A DNA stretch of 64,000 bases, taken from the IMG/VR virus record IMGVR_UViG_3300021135_000003; one strand, given 5' to 3'. This document shows, piece after piece, positions 1 to 9,209 of the stretch (the stretch's first letter is position 1; the number at the start of each line of letters is the position of its first letter). The notes beneath the pieces were generated by a model. That model worked only from the letters and a program-made list of their open reading frames with translations. It did no database searches and had not been told where the DNA came from. This DNA comes from a virus. Position numbers and translations under genes: made by a program.

Positions 1-228
1 ATTGTTGCTGTTACTTCTACTGGTGCTTTGCTTCAATCTATTGATAATGCAGTGCCAACTGTTGGATCAGTGTTTATTAACGTAGCAGGAAATACTTTTA
101 CTGCTTCAGGTGTAACCTCTCCAACAGCAGATAAATATTCAGGTAATATATTGTTTATTGATAACAAACAAGCGTTTACGCCAACTGCTGATCAGAACGT
201 AACATTAAGAACTGTTATCCACTTCTAA
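1..228 (+). CDS. gp8: Baseplate wedge protein gp8-like, C-terminal fragment (5' truncated by window)
   Basis: Open frame from base 1. C-terminus KYSGNILFIDNKQAFTPTADQNVTLRTVIHF resembles the SG(E/D)I(L/I)Y(I/L)(E/D)N…(I/V)xF end of T4-like gp8. Sits directly before the VrlC-like gene, as in T4-like cyanophages. Confidence 0.7.
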   Translation: MVAVTSTGALLQSIDNAVPTVGSVFINVAGNTFTASGVTSPTADKYSGNILFIDNKQAFTPTADQNVTLRTVIHF

Positions 229-234
229 TAAATA
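227..234 (+). promoter_or_regulatory. T4-type late promoter (AATAAATA)
   Basis: NATAAATA match 27 nt upstream of the 261 ATG. Confidence 0.55.
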
Positions 235-260
235 AACGAATAACATAAAGAGTAAAAAGA

Positions 261-3200
261 ATGCTAGACTTTAATACCGAACCGTATAATGATGATTACG
301 ATCCTGCGAAACAATTTTATAGAATTTTGTATCGTCCTTCGTTTGCTGTTCAGGCTCGAGAACTTACTCAAATGCAGAGTATTCTGCAGAATCAAATTAA
401 AACCCATGGCGATAATATCTTTAAAAATGGTGCCATGGTTATTCCTGGACAGGCTTCCATTCAAGCTGATGGCCAGCCAGGTGGTGGAGCAGACTACGTA
501 AAACTTATTCCTGTTTATTCAAACGTAGCAGTTGAAACTTTCTTATCAGCATTAAATGGTCAAACTATTATTGGCCAAACTACTGGTCTTACTGCAACTG
601 TTACTTACTGCCAAAGCGCAGAAAATGATGATCCAACTACATTATATCTAAATTATACTGGACCAACACCAACAGGTTCTACTACTGCTAAAACTTTTGG
701 TATTAATGAAGTATTAAAAACTTCTGATGGAACATATACATTCCAAATTGGTTCTACTTCTGACTGTGTTGGTAAAGGTTCTTTAGCAAGTATTCAACAG
801 GGTGTTTATTATATCAACGGATATTTTGTTCTTTGCACACAACAAACTATCGTTCTTGACAAATATACAACTACTCCAACATATCGTATTGGTTTAGTTT
901 ATACAGAATCTATTGTTACACCAGAATCAGATGAAACTCTTTTAGATAATGCTCAAAACTCATATAACTATGCTGCTCCAGGTGCACATCGTTATATGAT
1001 TGATTTGACTTTAACTAAACTTACAATTGATTCAACTTCTGATACAAATTTCGTTGAAGTTATCCGTGTAACAAATGGTAAAATTAATACTATTGTTCAA
1101 GACACTGCTTATAATACAATTTACAATCAAATTGAAACTGAAATCCAAAGAAGAACATATGATACTAATGGTGATTATACTGTTAGTGGTTTTGACATTG
1201 ATGTTCGTGAACACCGCAATAATAATCGCGGAACTTGGACTACAAACACAGCATATTTAATCGGCGACGTTGTTACTTACAACGGTAATATTTACACTGC
1301 ATTAAATACTACTACTTCTATTACCACTCCTCCAACACATACTTCTGGTTCTGCTTATGATGGATCAAGCACAACAGGTGTAAATTGGCAATATACTACA
1401 AACCCAATTTATAATCGTGGTATTAATTTAGATGGCAATGAAAATCAATTAGCCATTGGTATTGAAGCTGGTAAAGCATATGTTCAGGGTCATGAGATTG
1501 AAAAGACTGCTGTAACATATATTCCAGTTAATAAAGCTAGAGATTTTGTTCAAACTACTAACTCAGTTATACCAGCAACAGTTGGTAACTATGTTCTTGT
1601 TACAAACGTAAATAACCTACCTCCAGTTGATACATATGCAAACGTAATTTTGTATAACTACATTACTGGTGGTACTGTTGGTACTTCTCCAAGTGGAGCA
1701 ACAGCAGTTGGTACTGCTCGTGTTCGTGTAATGGAATACCATAGTGGTTTACCATTTAGTTCTTCAACTATCTACAAGTTAAGTTTATTTGATGTTCAGA
1801 TGAACTCTGGATATAAGTTTAACACAGATGTAAAATCTTTTGTATATGCAGTTGGTTCTGCCGCAACATCATTTAGCGCAGATATTAGCCCAATCACTAA
1901 TCAATTGATTGGTTCAGTTACTGCTTCTGGCACAACAGTTAATGGTACAGGAACATCATTCTTAACTGATTTAGCAGTTAATGATCTAGTTCAAATTTCA
2001 GCTTCTGGTTCTAGCTACTATCGTAGAGTAGTATCAATTACTAACCAAAACGCAATTGTTGTTGATTCTTCTGTTACTGTTACAGGAGCAACAATTATCA
2101 AATGTACTACTCAGATTGCTGAGCCAGAGAATATTTCCCTAATATTCCCATTACCTTACTACGCAATTCGTAGCGTTAAGGGTGTTGGTTCAAGTGGTGT
2201 TAATAATACTACTTACGTTTGCTATCAAAAGTTTACACAAAACGCATCTGGTACAACTTTAAATTTAAGTACTTCTGGTACATTTGCCTCTGCAGCAGAT
2301 AGCACACATTATGCTTGTTATGATAATACTACTGGTGTTGTATTCACTCCAATAACTATCCTACCAGTTGGAAGTAACGCAACCATTACTGTTCCTTCTG
2401 CACAATCAGGACACTCTATTACTGTTATTGCAACAGTTCAACGTAATGGTTCTGGCTTCGAAAAGACTAAAACATTATATACAGTCTCTGAAACCTTTAC
2501 TACTGCTGCAGCTGCACAAGCAGCTGTCGTTTATCTAGATAAAGCAGACGTATTCCAAATCGTAAGCGTAACAATGGCCACTGGTGCTGCATTTGGCACT
2601 ACTCCAGCTTCCACTGCTTATACTACTGATATTTCAGATCGTTATAGTTTTGACAATGGTCAGCGTAATACCCACTATGACTGGGGCTCATTAACATTAC
2701 TTCCATCTTTTGCTGCCCCATCAAATCCAATTAAAGTAACGTATCAATATTTTGAACATACTTCTGGTGACTATTTTGATGTTAACTCATACTATAACCC
2801 ATTAGTTGCTAACTCTGGTATTGACTATAAACTTATTCCTGCAAATTTAAGAGACGCTATTGACTTCCGTCCTCGTGTTGCAAATAGAAGTTTTGCTGTT
2901 GCTTCAGGTGGATCAAACTTTATGGCATATAAGAACTTTACTCAAACAGGTTCTAGTTACTCAGCTATGCCGAAACGAGGTGAATCTATTACTGCTGATT
3001 ACAGTTATTATCTTGCTCGTAGAGATAAAGTTGCTGTTGACTTAAATGGTAATATTTTTGATATCAATGGTGTTTCTTCTGTAACTCCAGGATATCCAGT
3101 TGATCCAGCATTGGGTATGGTTCTCTACACACTAGATTTACAACCATATACGTTTGGAACAACTTCTACAAACGTATCAGTTTCTAAAATTGATAATAAG

Positions 3201-6200
3201 CGTTACACAATGCGTGATATTGGTAAATTAGAATCACGTATCAATACACTTGAGTATTATACTTCTCTTTCTTTATTAGAGCAAGAAACTCAATCAATGA
3301 AGATCACTGACTCTAAAGGTCTTGATCGCATGAAAAATGGTTTCGTTGTTGATAACTTTGCTGGTAATAATCTTGGAGATAGCACAAATCCTGACTATTT
3401 CTGTTCTGTTGATATGGAAAGCAATCAATTGCGTCCATTCTATACAATGTATAACGTAAACCTGTTAGAGAAATTCTCTACTAATACATTACGTTCTGGG
3501 GCAAATTATCAGTTAACTGGTGATATTATTACATTACCTTACACAACTACTCCATTAATTACTCAGTCGTATGCTTCTCGTTTAGAGAATATTAACCCAT
3601 TTGCTATCTTTACTTTCTTAGGTTCAGTACAATTAAATCCACCAACAGACGATTGGTTTGAAACTGCTCGCTTACCTGATATTATTCAGCAAGTAGAAGG
3701 TAACTATAATATGGTTGCCCTTATGGCTGAGAAAGCTGGTGTTCTTGGTACTGTTTGGAATGCTTGGCAAACTGAATGGACTGGTCAACCAGTAAGCACA
3801 GGAACAACAACTTATGTTGGTGATAAACGTGGCGTTGGTGTTGCATCTTGGAGAGATGGAACTGTTTCTAATACTGATGCAAGTCAACTCGATGCTACCT
3901 TTGGTGGTGGTCCACAATCTCCATTAGGTGGCTGGGCTCACCGTCAAGTTACTGTTGAAACAACTGCAGTTGCTATCGGACAATCTAGAAGTGGTGTTAA
4001 TACATCTATTGCTCTTAAAACTGATTATCAGCAAGTTGATGATGTTGTAGTTTCTACTGCGCTTATCCCTTATATCCGTTCAAGAAATATTCTTGTTCAA
4101 GCGCATAAATTAAAACCAAACACTAAATTCTATCCATATTTTGATGGTCTTGATATTAGTGCTTTCTGCATTCCAGCTATTAAAATTATTATAAGTGGCG
4201 TAACTGGAACATTTGATACATCATCAAATGTTGGTGCTCAGGCTTCAGATCCAAAACGTAGAATCGCAAATGATGTTCAAGTTTGTTTAAATGCAGGCGA
4301 TGTTATTTCTAATGGTACTGGTGGTTCAGCTGTTGTTGTTAATTCATATATTGATGGTAATGGCAATAAATGTTTAAGCGTTGTTAATATTATTGGAACT
4401 TTATCTGGTCCAACTATTGTAGGTGGTATTTCTATTCCAGGTGATAGTATTACTGGTTCTTACAGTGGAGCTACTGCTACTATCGTTTCAGTAACACCAC
4501 AATCAACTTTAACAACTACTGCTTCTGGTGACCTTGAGTTCTTATTTAATATTCCTAATACTGATTCTGTTCGTTTCCGCACTGGTTCTCGTGAATTGAA
4601 ACTTGTTGATTCTAGCACATATGCTGGTAACTATACATCACGTGGTATTGCTACATATGAAGCTACTGGTACTTTAACAACTAAACAAGCTACTATTAAT
4701 GCAGTTCGCAATGCTACTTTAGTTCAAGAACAAGTTAGTGATAATCAAGTTATTCATCAATCTGGTCCAGATCGTGTTCTTTCCGATACTGGTTGGTATG
4801 ATCCTCTTGCGCAATCATTCTTAATTCAACAAAAGGGTGGCGCATTCTTAACAAGTATTGATATTTTCTTTGCAACTAAAGATGCCAATATTCCAGTAAC
4901 ACTATCAATTCGTGAAATGATCAATGGTGCTCCTGGAAAACGAATCCTACCATTTAGTACTGTTACTAAGTTCCCTGCTGATGTTAACTTATCTGCAAAC
5001 ACAGTAACTACTGCTGATGGTAATACTTACCCAACATTCGATACGCCAACTACATTTACTTTTGATTCTCCAGTTTACGTTCAAGACACAACTGAGTATT
5101 GTTTCGTTCTACAATCAGACTCAAACAGCTATAATGTTTGGATCTCTTATATGGGCGACACAATTCCAGGTTCAGGTAGAACAATTTCTGAACAACCATA
5201 TGCTGGTGTAATGTTTAAGTCTCAGAACGCATCTACTTGGACACCTGATCAAAGTGCTGATATTAAGTTTACAATTAATAGAGCAGTATTTAATACTTCT
5301 GTTGTTGCTGATGTAGAATTTGTTAATGATGTTCTACCATACGATAATCTTGACACAGATCCGTTTGAAACTACAAGTGGTTCTAACTTAGTTCGAGTTT
5401 GGCATTATGATCATGGTATGCCAGTGGGATCAACTGTTGATATTTCAGCAGTCAATGCAAATGATCCAGGAACTGGAACTATTACTACTTCTATTTCAAG
5501 TAGCACTGTTACTGGTGTTGGAACTACATTTACTACTCAAGCTATTGTTGGAACAAACCTGTATAGCGCACAAGATGTTTATATCGGTACTGTTACTGCG
5601 GTTGGTAGCGATACTTCATTAACTCTATCGGCCAATGCTACTATTGCTTTACCTGCTGGATCTACTTTCCAATATGTTGGACCTGTTAATGGTATCCCTG
5701 CTAATCAGGTATTTAAACAATCAATTATCTCTAACGTAGATTTAAACTCATACACAATTACTACAACTGCTAATGCTACTTTAACTGGTTATACTGGTGG
5801 GACTTTAATTCGTGCGTCTAGAAATATTGAATTTGACACAGTAAATCCATCTGTTCAGATTCAGTCATTCTCTGATACAACATCTTCTTTTGCAGTTAAA
5901 ACTACTTCTGGTAAGTCAGTTGATGGTAGTCAAACACCATATGTTGTTGATAGTAGTTTTACTCCATGTTTAATTAAACAGAATAATGATTTTGGTTCTC
6001 CAAGAATGATTGCTTCTGAATGGAATGAAGGTGCTAATATTGGTGGTTCTAAGAGTTTAACTTTCTCTGCTGCTCTTCAAACATCGAATGATGCTGTATC
6101 TCCAGTAATTGATACAACTAGAACAAGTTTGATTGCAGTTAAGAATATTCTTAATTACCCAACTGAATCTAATACTAACGTGGCAGCAATTGATACTGTA

Positions 6201-6848
6201 ACTTCGTTTACTGGATCTACTGGCGCATTTACTTTTAATGCGGGCGGAACTCTTACTTCTACTATTGCTGGCGTTAGAACTGCAATGTCTTCTATCGGTA
6301 TCGGTAAATATGTAACTATTGCTAATGCTACTACTAGCACCAACAATGGAACATTCTTAGTTACTGGCTTCACAGACGATGGTACTACTGGCACCCTTAC
6401 ATTGAATACCACGTTTACTGGAGAATCTGCTGTTACTTCTGGTACTGTAACTACGGTTTCTGCTCGTGTATTATTCGCTGATGAAATTGCTCCAATCGGC
6501 GGAACTACTGCAAGTAAATATGTAACTACTCCTATTAAGTTTGCCAACGCATCGACTTATATGAAAGTTATGATTACTGCAAATATCCCTGCTGAAGCTG
6601 ATGTTGGTGTATTTTATAAAACAGTTACTGGTGATAGTGCTCAACTAAAGTATGCTAAATATACTAAAATGACACCAGATTCACCTATCGTTAAGGTAGA
6701 TAATGGTAATAATACTTTTACTGATATTACCTATACATTGACTGGTATACAATCGTACGATACGGCAACAATTAAAATCGTTATGAATTCTTCGAATTCT
6801 GCTGCAGTACCGATTATTAAGGACTTCAGAGTAATCGCTTGCCCATAA
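261..6848 (+). CDS. Large virion structural protein, VrlC-like / DUF4815 family (baseplate/tail associated)
   Basis: 2195 aa. N-terminal FNTEPYNDDYD…FYRILYRP…VQARELTQMQSILQNQI, plus NYAAPGAHR, KRYTMRDIGKLE.RI..LEYYTSLSLLE, GFVVDNF, WYDPLAQSF and a terminal P.IKDFRVIA, all typical of this family. Confidence 0.85.
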   Translation: MLDFNTEPYNDDYDPAKQFYRILYRPSFAVQARELTQMQSILQNQIKTHGDNIFKNGAMVIPGQASIQADGQPGGGADYVKLIPVYSNVAVETFLSALNGQTIIGQTTGLTATVTYCQSAENDDPTTLYLNYTGPTPTGSTTAKTFGINEVLKTSDGTYTFQIGSTSDCVGKGSLASIQQGVYYINGYFVLCTQQTIVLDKYTTTPTYRIGLVYTESIVTPESDETLLDNAQNSYNYAAPGAHRYMIDLTLTKLTIDSTSDTNFVEVIRVTNGKINTIVQDTAYNTIYNQIETEIQRRTYDTNGDYTVSGFDIDVREHRNNNRGTWTTNTAYLIGDVVTYNGNIYTALNTTTSITTPPTHTSGSAYDGSSTTGVNWQYTTNPIYNRGINLDGNENQLAIGIEAGKAYVQGHEIEKTAVTYIPVNKARDFVQTTNSVIPATVGNYVLVTNVNNLPPVDTYANVILYNYITGGTVGTSPSGATAVGTARVRVMEYHSGLPFSSSTIYKLSLFDVQMNSGYKFNTDVKSFVYAVGSAATSFSADISPITNQLIGSVTASGTTVNGTGTSFLTDLAVNDLVQISASGSSYYRRVVSITNQNAIVVDSSVTVTGATIIKCTTQIAEPENISLIFPLPYYAIRSVKGVGSSGVNNTTYVCYQKFTQNASGTTLNLSTSGTFASAADSTHYACYDNTTGVVFTPITILPVGSNATITVPSAQSGHSITVIATVQRNGSGFEKTKTLYTVSETFTTAAAAQAAVVYLDKADVFQIVSVTMATGAAFGTTPASTAYTTDISDRYSFDNGQRNTHYDWGSLTLLPSFAAPSNPIKVTYQYFEHTSGDYFDVNSYYNPLVANSGIDYKLIPANLRDAIDFRPRVANRSFAVASGGSNFMAYKNFTQTGSSYSAMPKRGESITADYSYYLARRDKVAVDLNGNIFDINGVSSVTPGYPVDPALGMVLYTLDLQPYTFGTTSTNVSVSKIDNKRYTMRDIGKLESRINTLEYYTSLSLLEQETQSMKITDSKGLDRMKNGFVVDNFAGNNLGDSTNPDYFCSVDMESNQLRPFYTMYNVNLLEKFSTNTLRSGANYQLTGDIITLPYTTTPLITQSYASRLENINPFAIFTFLGSVQLNPPTDDWFETARLPDIIQQVEGNYNMVALMAEKAGVLGTVWNAWQTEWTGQPVSTGTTTYVGDKRGVGVASWRDGTVSNTDASQLDATFGGGPQSPLGGWAHRQVTVETTAVAIGQSRSGVNTSIALKTDYQQVDDVVVSTALIPYIRSRNILVQAHKLKPNTKFYPYFDGLDISAFCIPAIKIIISGVTGTFDTSSNVGAQASDPKRRIANDVQVCLNAGDVISNGTGGSAVVVNSYIDGNGNKCLSVVNIIGTLSGPTIVGGISIPGDSITGSYSGATATIVSVTPQSTLTTTASGDLEFLFNIPNTDSVRFRTGSRELKLVDSSTYAGNYTSRGIATYEATGTLTTKQATINAVRNATLVQEQVSDNQVIHQSGPDRVLSDTGWYDPLAQSFLIQQKGGAFLTSIDIFFATKDANIPVTLSIREMINGAPGKRILPFSTVTKFPADVNLSANTVTTADGNTYPTFDTPTTFTFDSPVYVQDTTEYCFVLQSDSNSYNVWISYMGDTIPGSGRTISEQPYAGVMFKSQNASTWTPDQSADIKFTINRAVFNTSVVADVEFVNDVLPYDNLDTDPFETTSGSNLVRVWHYDHGMPVGSTVDISAVNANDPGTGTITTSISSSTVTGVGTTFTTQAIVGTNLYSAQDVYIGTVTAVGSDTSLTLSANATIALPAGSTFQYVGPVNGIPANQVFKQSIISNVDLNSYTITTTANATLTGYTGGTLIRASRNIEFDTVNPSVQIQSFSDTTSSFAVKTTSGKSVDGSQTPYVVDSSFTPCLIKQNNDFGSPRMIASEWNEGANIGGSKSLTFSAALQTSNDAVSPVIDTTRTSLIAVKNILNYPTESNTNVAAIDTVTSFTGSTGAFTFNAGGTLTSTIAGVRTAMSSIGIGKYVTIANATTSTNNGTFLVTGFTDDGTTGTLTLNTTFTGESAVTSGTVTTVSARVLFADEIAPIGGTTASKYVTTPIKFANASTYMKVMITANIPAEADVGVFYKTVTGDSAQLKYAKYTKMTPDSPIVKVDNGNNTFTDITYTLTGIQSYDTATIKIVMNSSNSAAVPIIKDFRVIACP

Positions 6849-6849
6849 T

Positions 6850-7074
6850 ATGAAATATTTGAAAGTTGCGGGACACGCTGGTTTAGTTAGAGATACCACG
6901 ACTGGCGCAATCCTAAATACTAATAAGAGTGAATATGAGGAATATATCGCTAGACAGCGTGAAGCTGAGGAGCGAGAAGCTGAAATTTCTCAACATACTG
7001 AAGATATAAATAACATTAAGAACGAATTGCAGGACATTAAATCATTGCTTCTTCAAATATTGAAAAAAGATTGA
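6850..7074 (+). CDS. Small coiled-coil protein typically found after VrlC-like genes
   Basis: KVAGHAGLVRDTTTGAILN start with a heptad-rich C-terminus; adjacent to the upstream stop. Confidence 0.7.
   Translation: MKYLKVAGHAGLVRDTTTGAILNTNKSEYEEYIARQREAEEREAEISQHTEDINNIKNELQDIKSLLLQILKKD
7005..7012 (+). promoter_or_regulatory. T4 late promoter TATAAATA driving the Cys-tipped fibre cassette
   Basis: Exact TATAAATA 79 nt upstream of ATG 7091. Confidence 0.65.
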
Positions 7075-7090
7075 CCAAAGGAAACCTTAA

Positions 7091-8293
7091 ATGGCAAACA
7101 TAACATCCGCATCTATTACGCTAAGATCTTCTAAAGGAAGCCCTCTTACTAATACAGAAGTAGATAATAACTTCTCAAACATTAATACAGCCCTTGCGAC
7201 TGGTCTTACTGCAGCTAGTTATACTGCAGCAGACGTATTATCAAAATTAAACTCTGTTTCTGGACCTACTCAAGCTGGTGGTGTAAACGCTGATACTGTG
7301 ACCTTTGCGTCTGGTGCTCGTTCTGCTACTAACTTGGCTACTGGTAATACTATCGTTGCTCGCGACAGTTCTGGAAATTTCTCTGCTACTACGATTACTG
7401 CTAACTTAACTGGAACTGCCTCTGTTGCTTCTAGTTTAAACTATACAGTGGCTATTTCTGGTGGTGGTACTGGTGCTACTGACGCTGGTACTGCTCGTAC
7501 TAACCTTGGACTTGCTATTGGTTCAAACGTACAAGCATATAGCGGAACTCTTGCTGCATTAGCTGGTACAACTACTGCTACTGATACTTTACCATACTAC
7601 ACTGGAGCAGGAACTGCGTCAACCACTACTTTTGGTTCTTATGGAAGAACATTAGTTGGTTCTGCTGATGCTCCTACTGCTCGTAGTAATCTTGGTCTAG
7701 TTATTGGCACTAACGTACAAGCATATGACGCAACATTAACTTCATTGGCTGGTTCTGGAACTGGTATTTTAGTTAAAACAGGTACTGGTACAACTGCTCC
7801 TCGCTCACTTGCTGCTGGCACAGGTATTACTATTAGTAACGCTGATGGTACTGGTGGTAACCCAACGATCTCCGTTACATCTTATGTTTCTTCTGTACAA
7901 GGAGCAATAGGTGCTGTTATTGTTTCTGTTCCTGTTACATCCGTTCAAGGTAGCATTGGTGGTGTTATTGTAACAAACATCTCTGGTTCTGCTGGATATG
8001 CTACTAATGCTGGTTATGCTACTAATGCTGGTTACGCTGGAAACTCTGGCGGTGGTTGGCCAGGTTCTCTATCGCAGTTTTCCAATAACTTAGGTAACTA
8101 TGGCGCATGGGTTCCGCATAACCAAAAATATGGTCAACAGCGTATGTCTGGTTTTGGACCATATTCTGGAGGGCAGGGTAACTGTGGTAATAATCCATAT
8201 GGTCCAGTTGCGTATATTTACTTGGATACTGGCTCTGCTATGAATGCTGGTTGGTACCATCAAAATTGTCACAACTGTAACTGTAACTGCTAA
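7091..8293 (+). CDS. Tail fibre-like protein with C-terminal Asn-Cys repeat (NC…NCHNCNCNC)
   Basis: N-terminal LRSSKGSPLTNTEVDNNF fibre-attachment motif, two ARxNLGLxIGxNVQAY fibre repeats and GGTGAT/AGYATN repeats. All 5 Cys lie in the last 37 aa. Confidence 0.8.
   Translation: MANITSASITLRSSKGSPLTNTEVDNNFSNINTALATGLTAASYTAADVLSKLNSVSGPTQAGGVNADTVTFASGARSATNLATGNTIVARDSSGNFSATTITANLTGTASVASSLNYTVAISGGGTGATDAGTARTNLGLAIGSNVQAYSGTLAALAGTTTATDTLPYYTGAGTASTTTFGSYGRTLVGSADAPTARSNLGLVIGTNVQAYDATLTSLAGSGTGILVKTGTGTTAPRSLAAGTGITISNADGTGGNPTISVTSYVSSVQGAIGAVIVSVPVTSVQGSIGGVIVTNISGSAGYATNAGYATNAGYAGNSGGGWPGSLSQFSNNLGNYGAWVPHNQKYGQQRMSGFGPYSGGQGNCGNNPYGPVAYIYLDTGSAMNAGWYHQNCHNCNCNC
7991..8038 (+). repeat. 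18-bp tandem repeat encoding (AGYATN)x2.7
   Basis: gctggatatgctactaat gctggttatgctactaat gctggttacgct. Confidence 0.8.
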
Positions 8294-8304
8294 GGATAAA
8301 AATA

Positions 8305-9141
8305 ATGGCAATAATTAAAAAAATTAAACCTGTAGCTCAGTATTTTCCAGAGTTATTTACTGGAAAAAATCATACAATAAATTATATTTTTAATATAACA
8401 GAAGATGTATTGAACTTACAAATAACTAGAACTAAAACAACTGAAGAAGAAGATGTAGTTTTATACGCATTTTCTCTTTCGTTAGACGTATTAAAATCAA
8501 GTTCTCGACTTTCTGATCATTCATATTGGACTTTTGGTAATGTAAATTTACACCCAATTGATGGATATGTACAAAATTTAACTGTTGCTAATTTGTTATC
8601 AATTTTTGATAAAACATTTGCAACTAAACCAAAAATATTAGTGAATGAACAATTAGGTGGTGCTGAACTTGATTACAAGTTTCCTGTTAGAATATTCGTT
8701 CCTTCTTATAATTCAAAATTTACTGATTGTACATTTTTAGTTGCTAAATTTGATCAGTTACAACCTACAGATGATTCTCCGCCTGTAAACGATCCATATA
8801 ATATTAGTATAACAGTAGATGTAAATTCTCCAAATACATTTGTTGATGAATTTACTACTGCTTCTGAATTATTGGGAACAGTAACTTCTTCAACTACTCT
8901 TACCGATGTTTCTGCTGGTACCACAATTCCTGTTACTGTAACATGTTCAGATATTTCTGTTTCTATATTGTATCTTGAATCTGTGTGTGGTATTCTAGAT
9001 AGAAATCAAGTAAAAATGACAAATGGTTCTGGAACATTTAATGTTTTAACAAATACGTTAGAATCAGGCGATACTGTAGAGATTAAAATTGGATATAAAA
9101 AATATTCTAATGTTAATACCTTTACTAAAACATTAGCATAA
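8305..9141 (+). CDS. Hypothetical protein with a predicted beta-sandwich/Ig-like C-terminus; candidate partner of the Cys-tipped fibre and radical SAM enzyme
   Basis: 278 aa with AAGGA SD. Alternating beta pattern in the last ~90 aa (TIPVTVTC…LYLESVCGILD…GSGTFNV…GDTVEIKIGYKKY). Confidence 0.65.
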   Translation: MAIIKKIKPVAQYFPELFTGKNHTINYIFNITEDVLNLQITRTKTTEEEDVVLYAFSLSLDVLKSSSRLSDHSYWTFGNVNLHPIDGYVQNLTVANLLSIFDKTFATKPKILVNEQLGGAELDYKFPVRIFVPSYNSKFTDCTFLVAKFDQLQPTDDSPPVNDPYNISITVDVNSPNTFVDEFTTASELLGTVTSSTTLTDVSAGTTIPVTVTCSDISVSILYLESVCGILDRNQVKMTNGSGTFNVLTNTLESGDTVEIKIGYKKYSNVNTFTKTLA

Positions 9142-9159
9142 ATATTTTTATACTATGTT

Positions 9160-9190
9160 AATCCCACTATAACATAGTGGGATTTTTCTT
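9160..9190 (+). terminator. Intrinsic terminator-like hairpin between the 278-aa gene and the radical SAM gene
   Basis: aatcccactat-aac-atagtgggatt followed by a T-rich run. Confidence 0.6.
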
Positions 9191-9209
9191 TTTATACTCG
9201 GAATAAACT

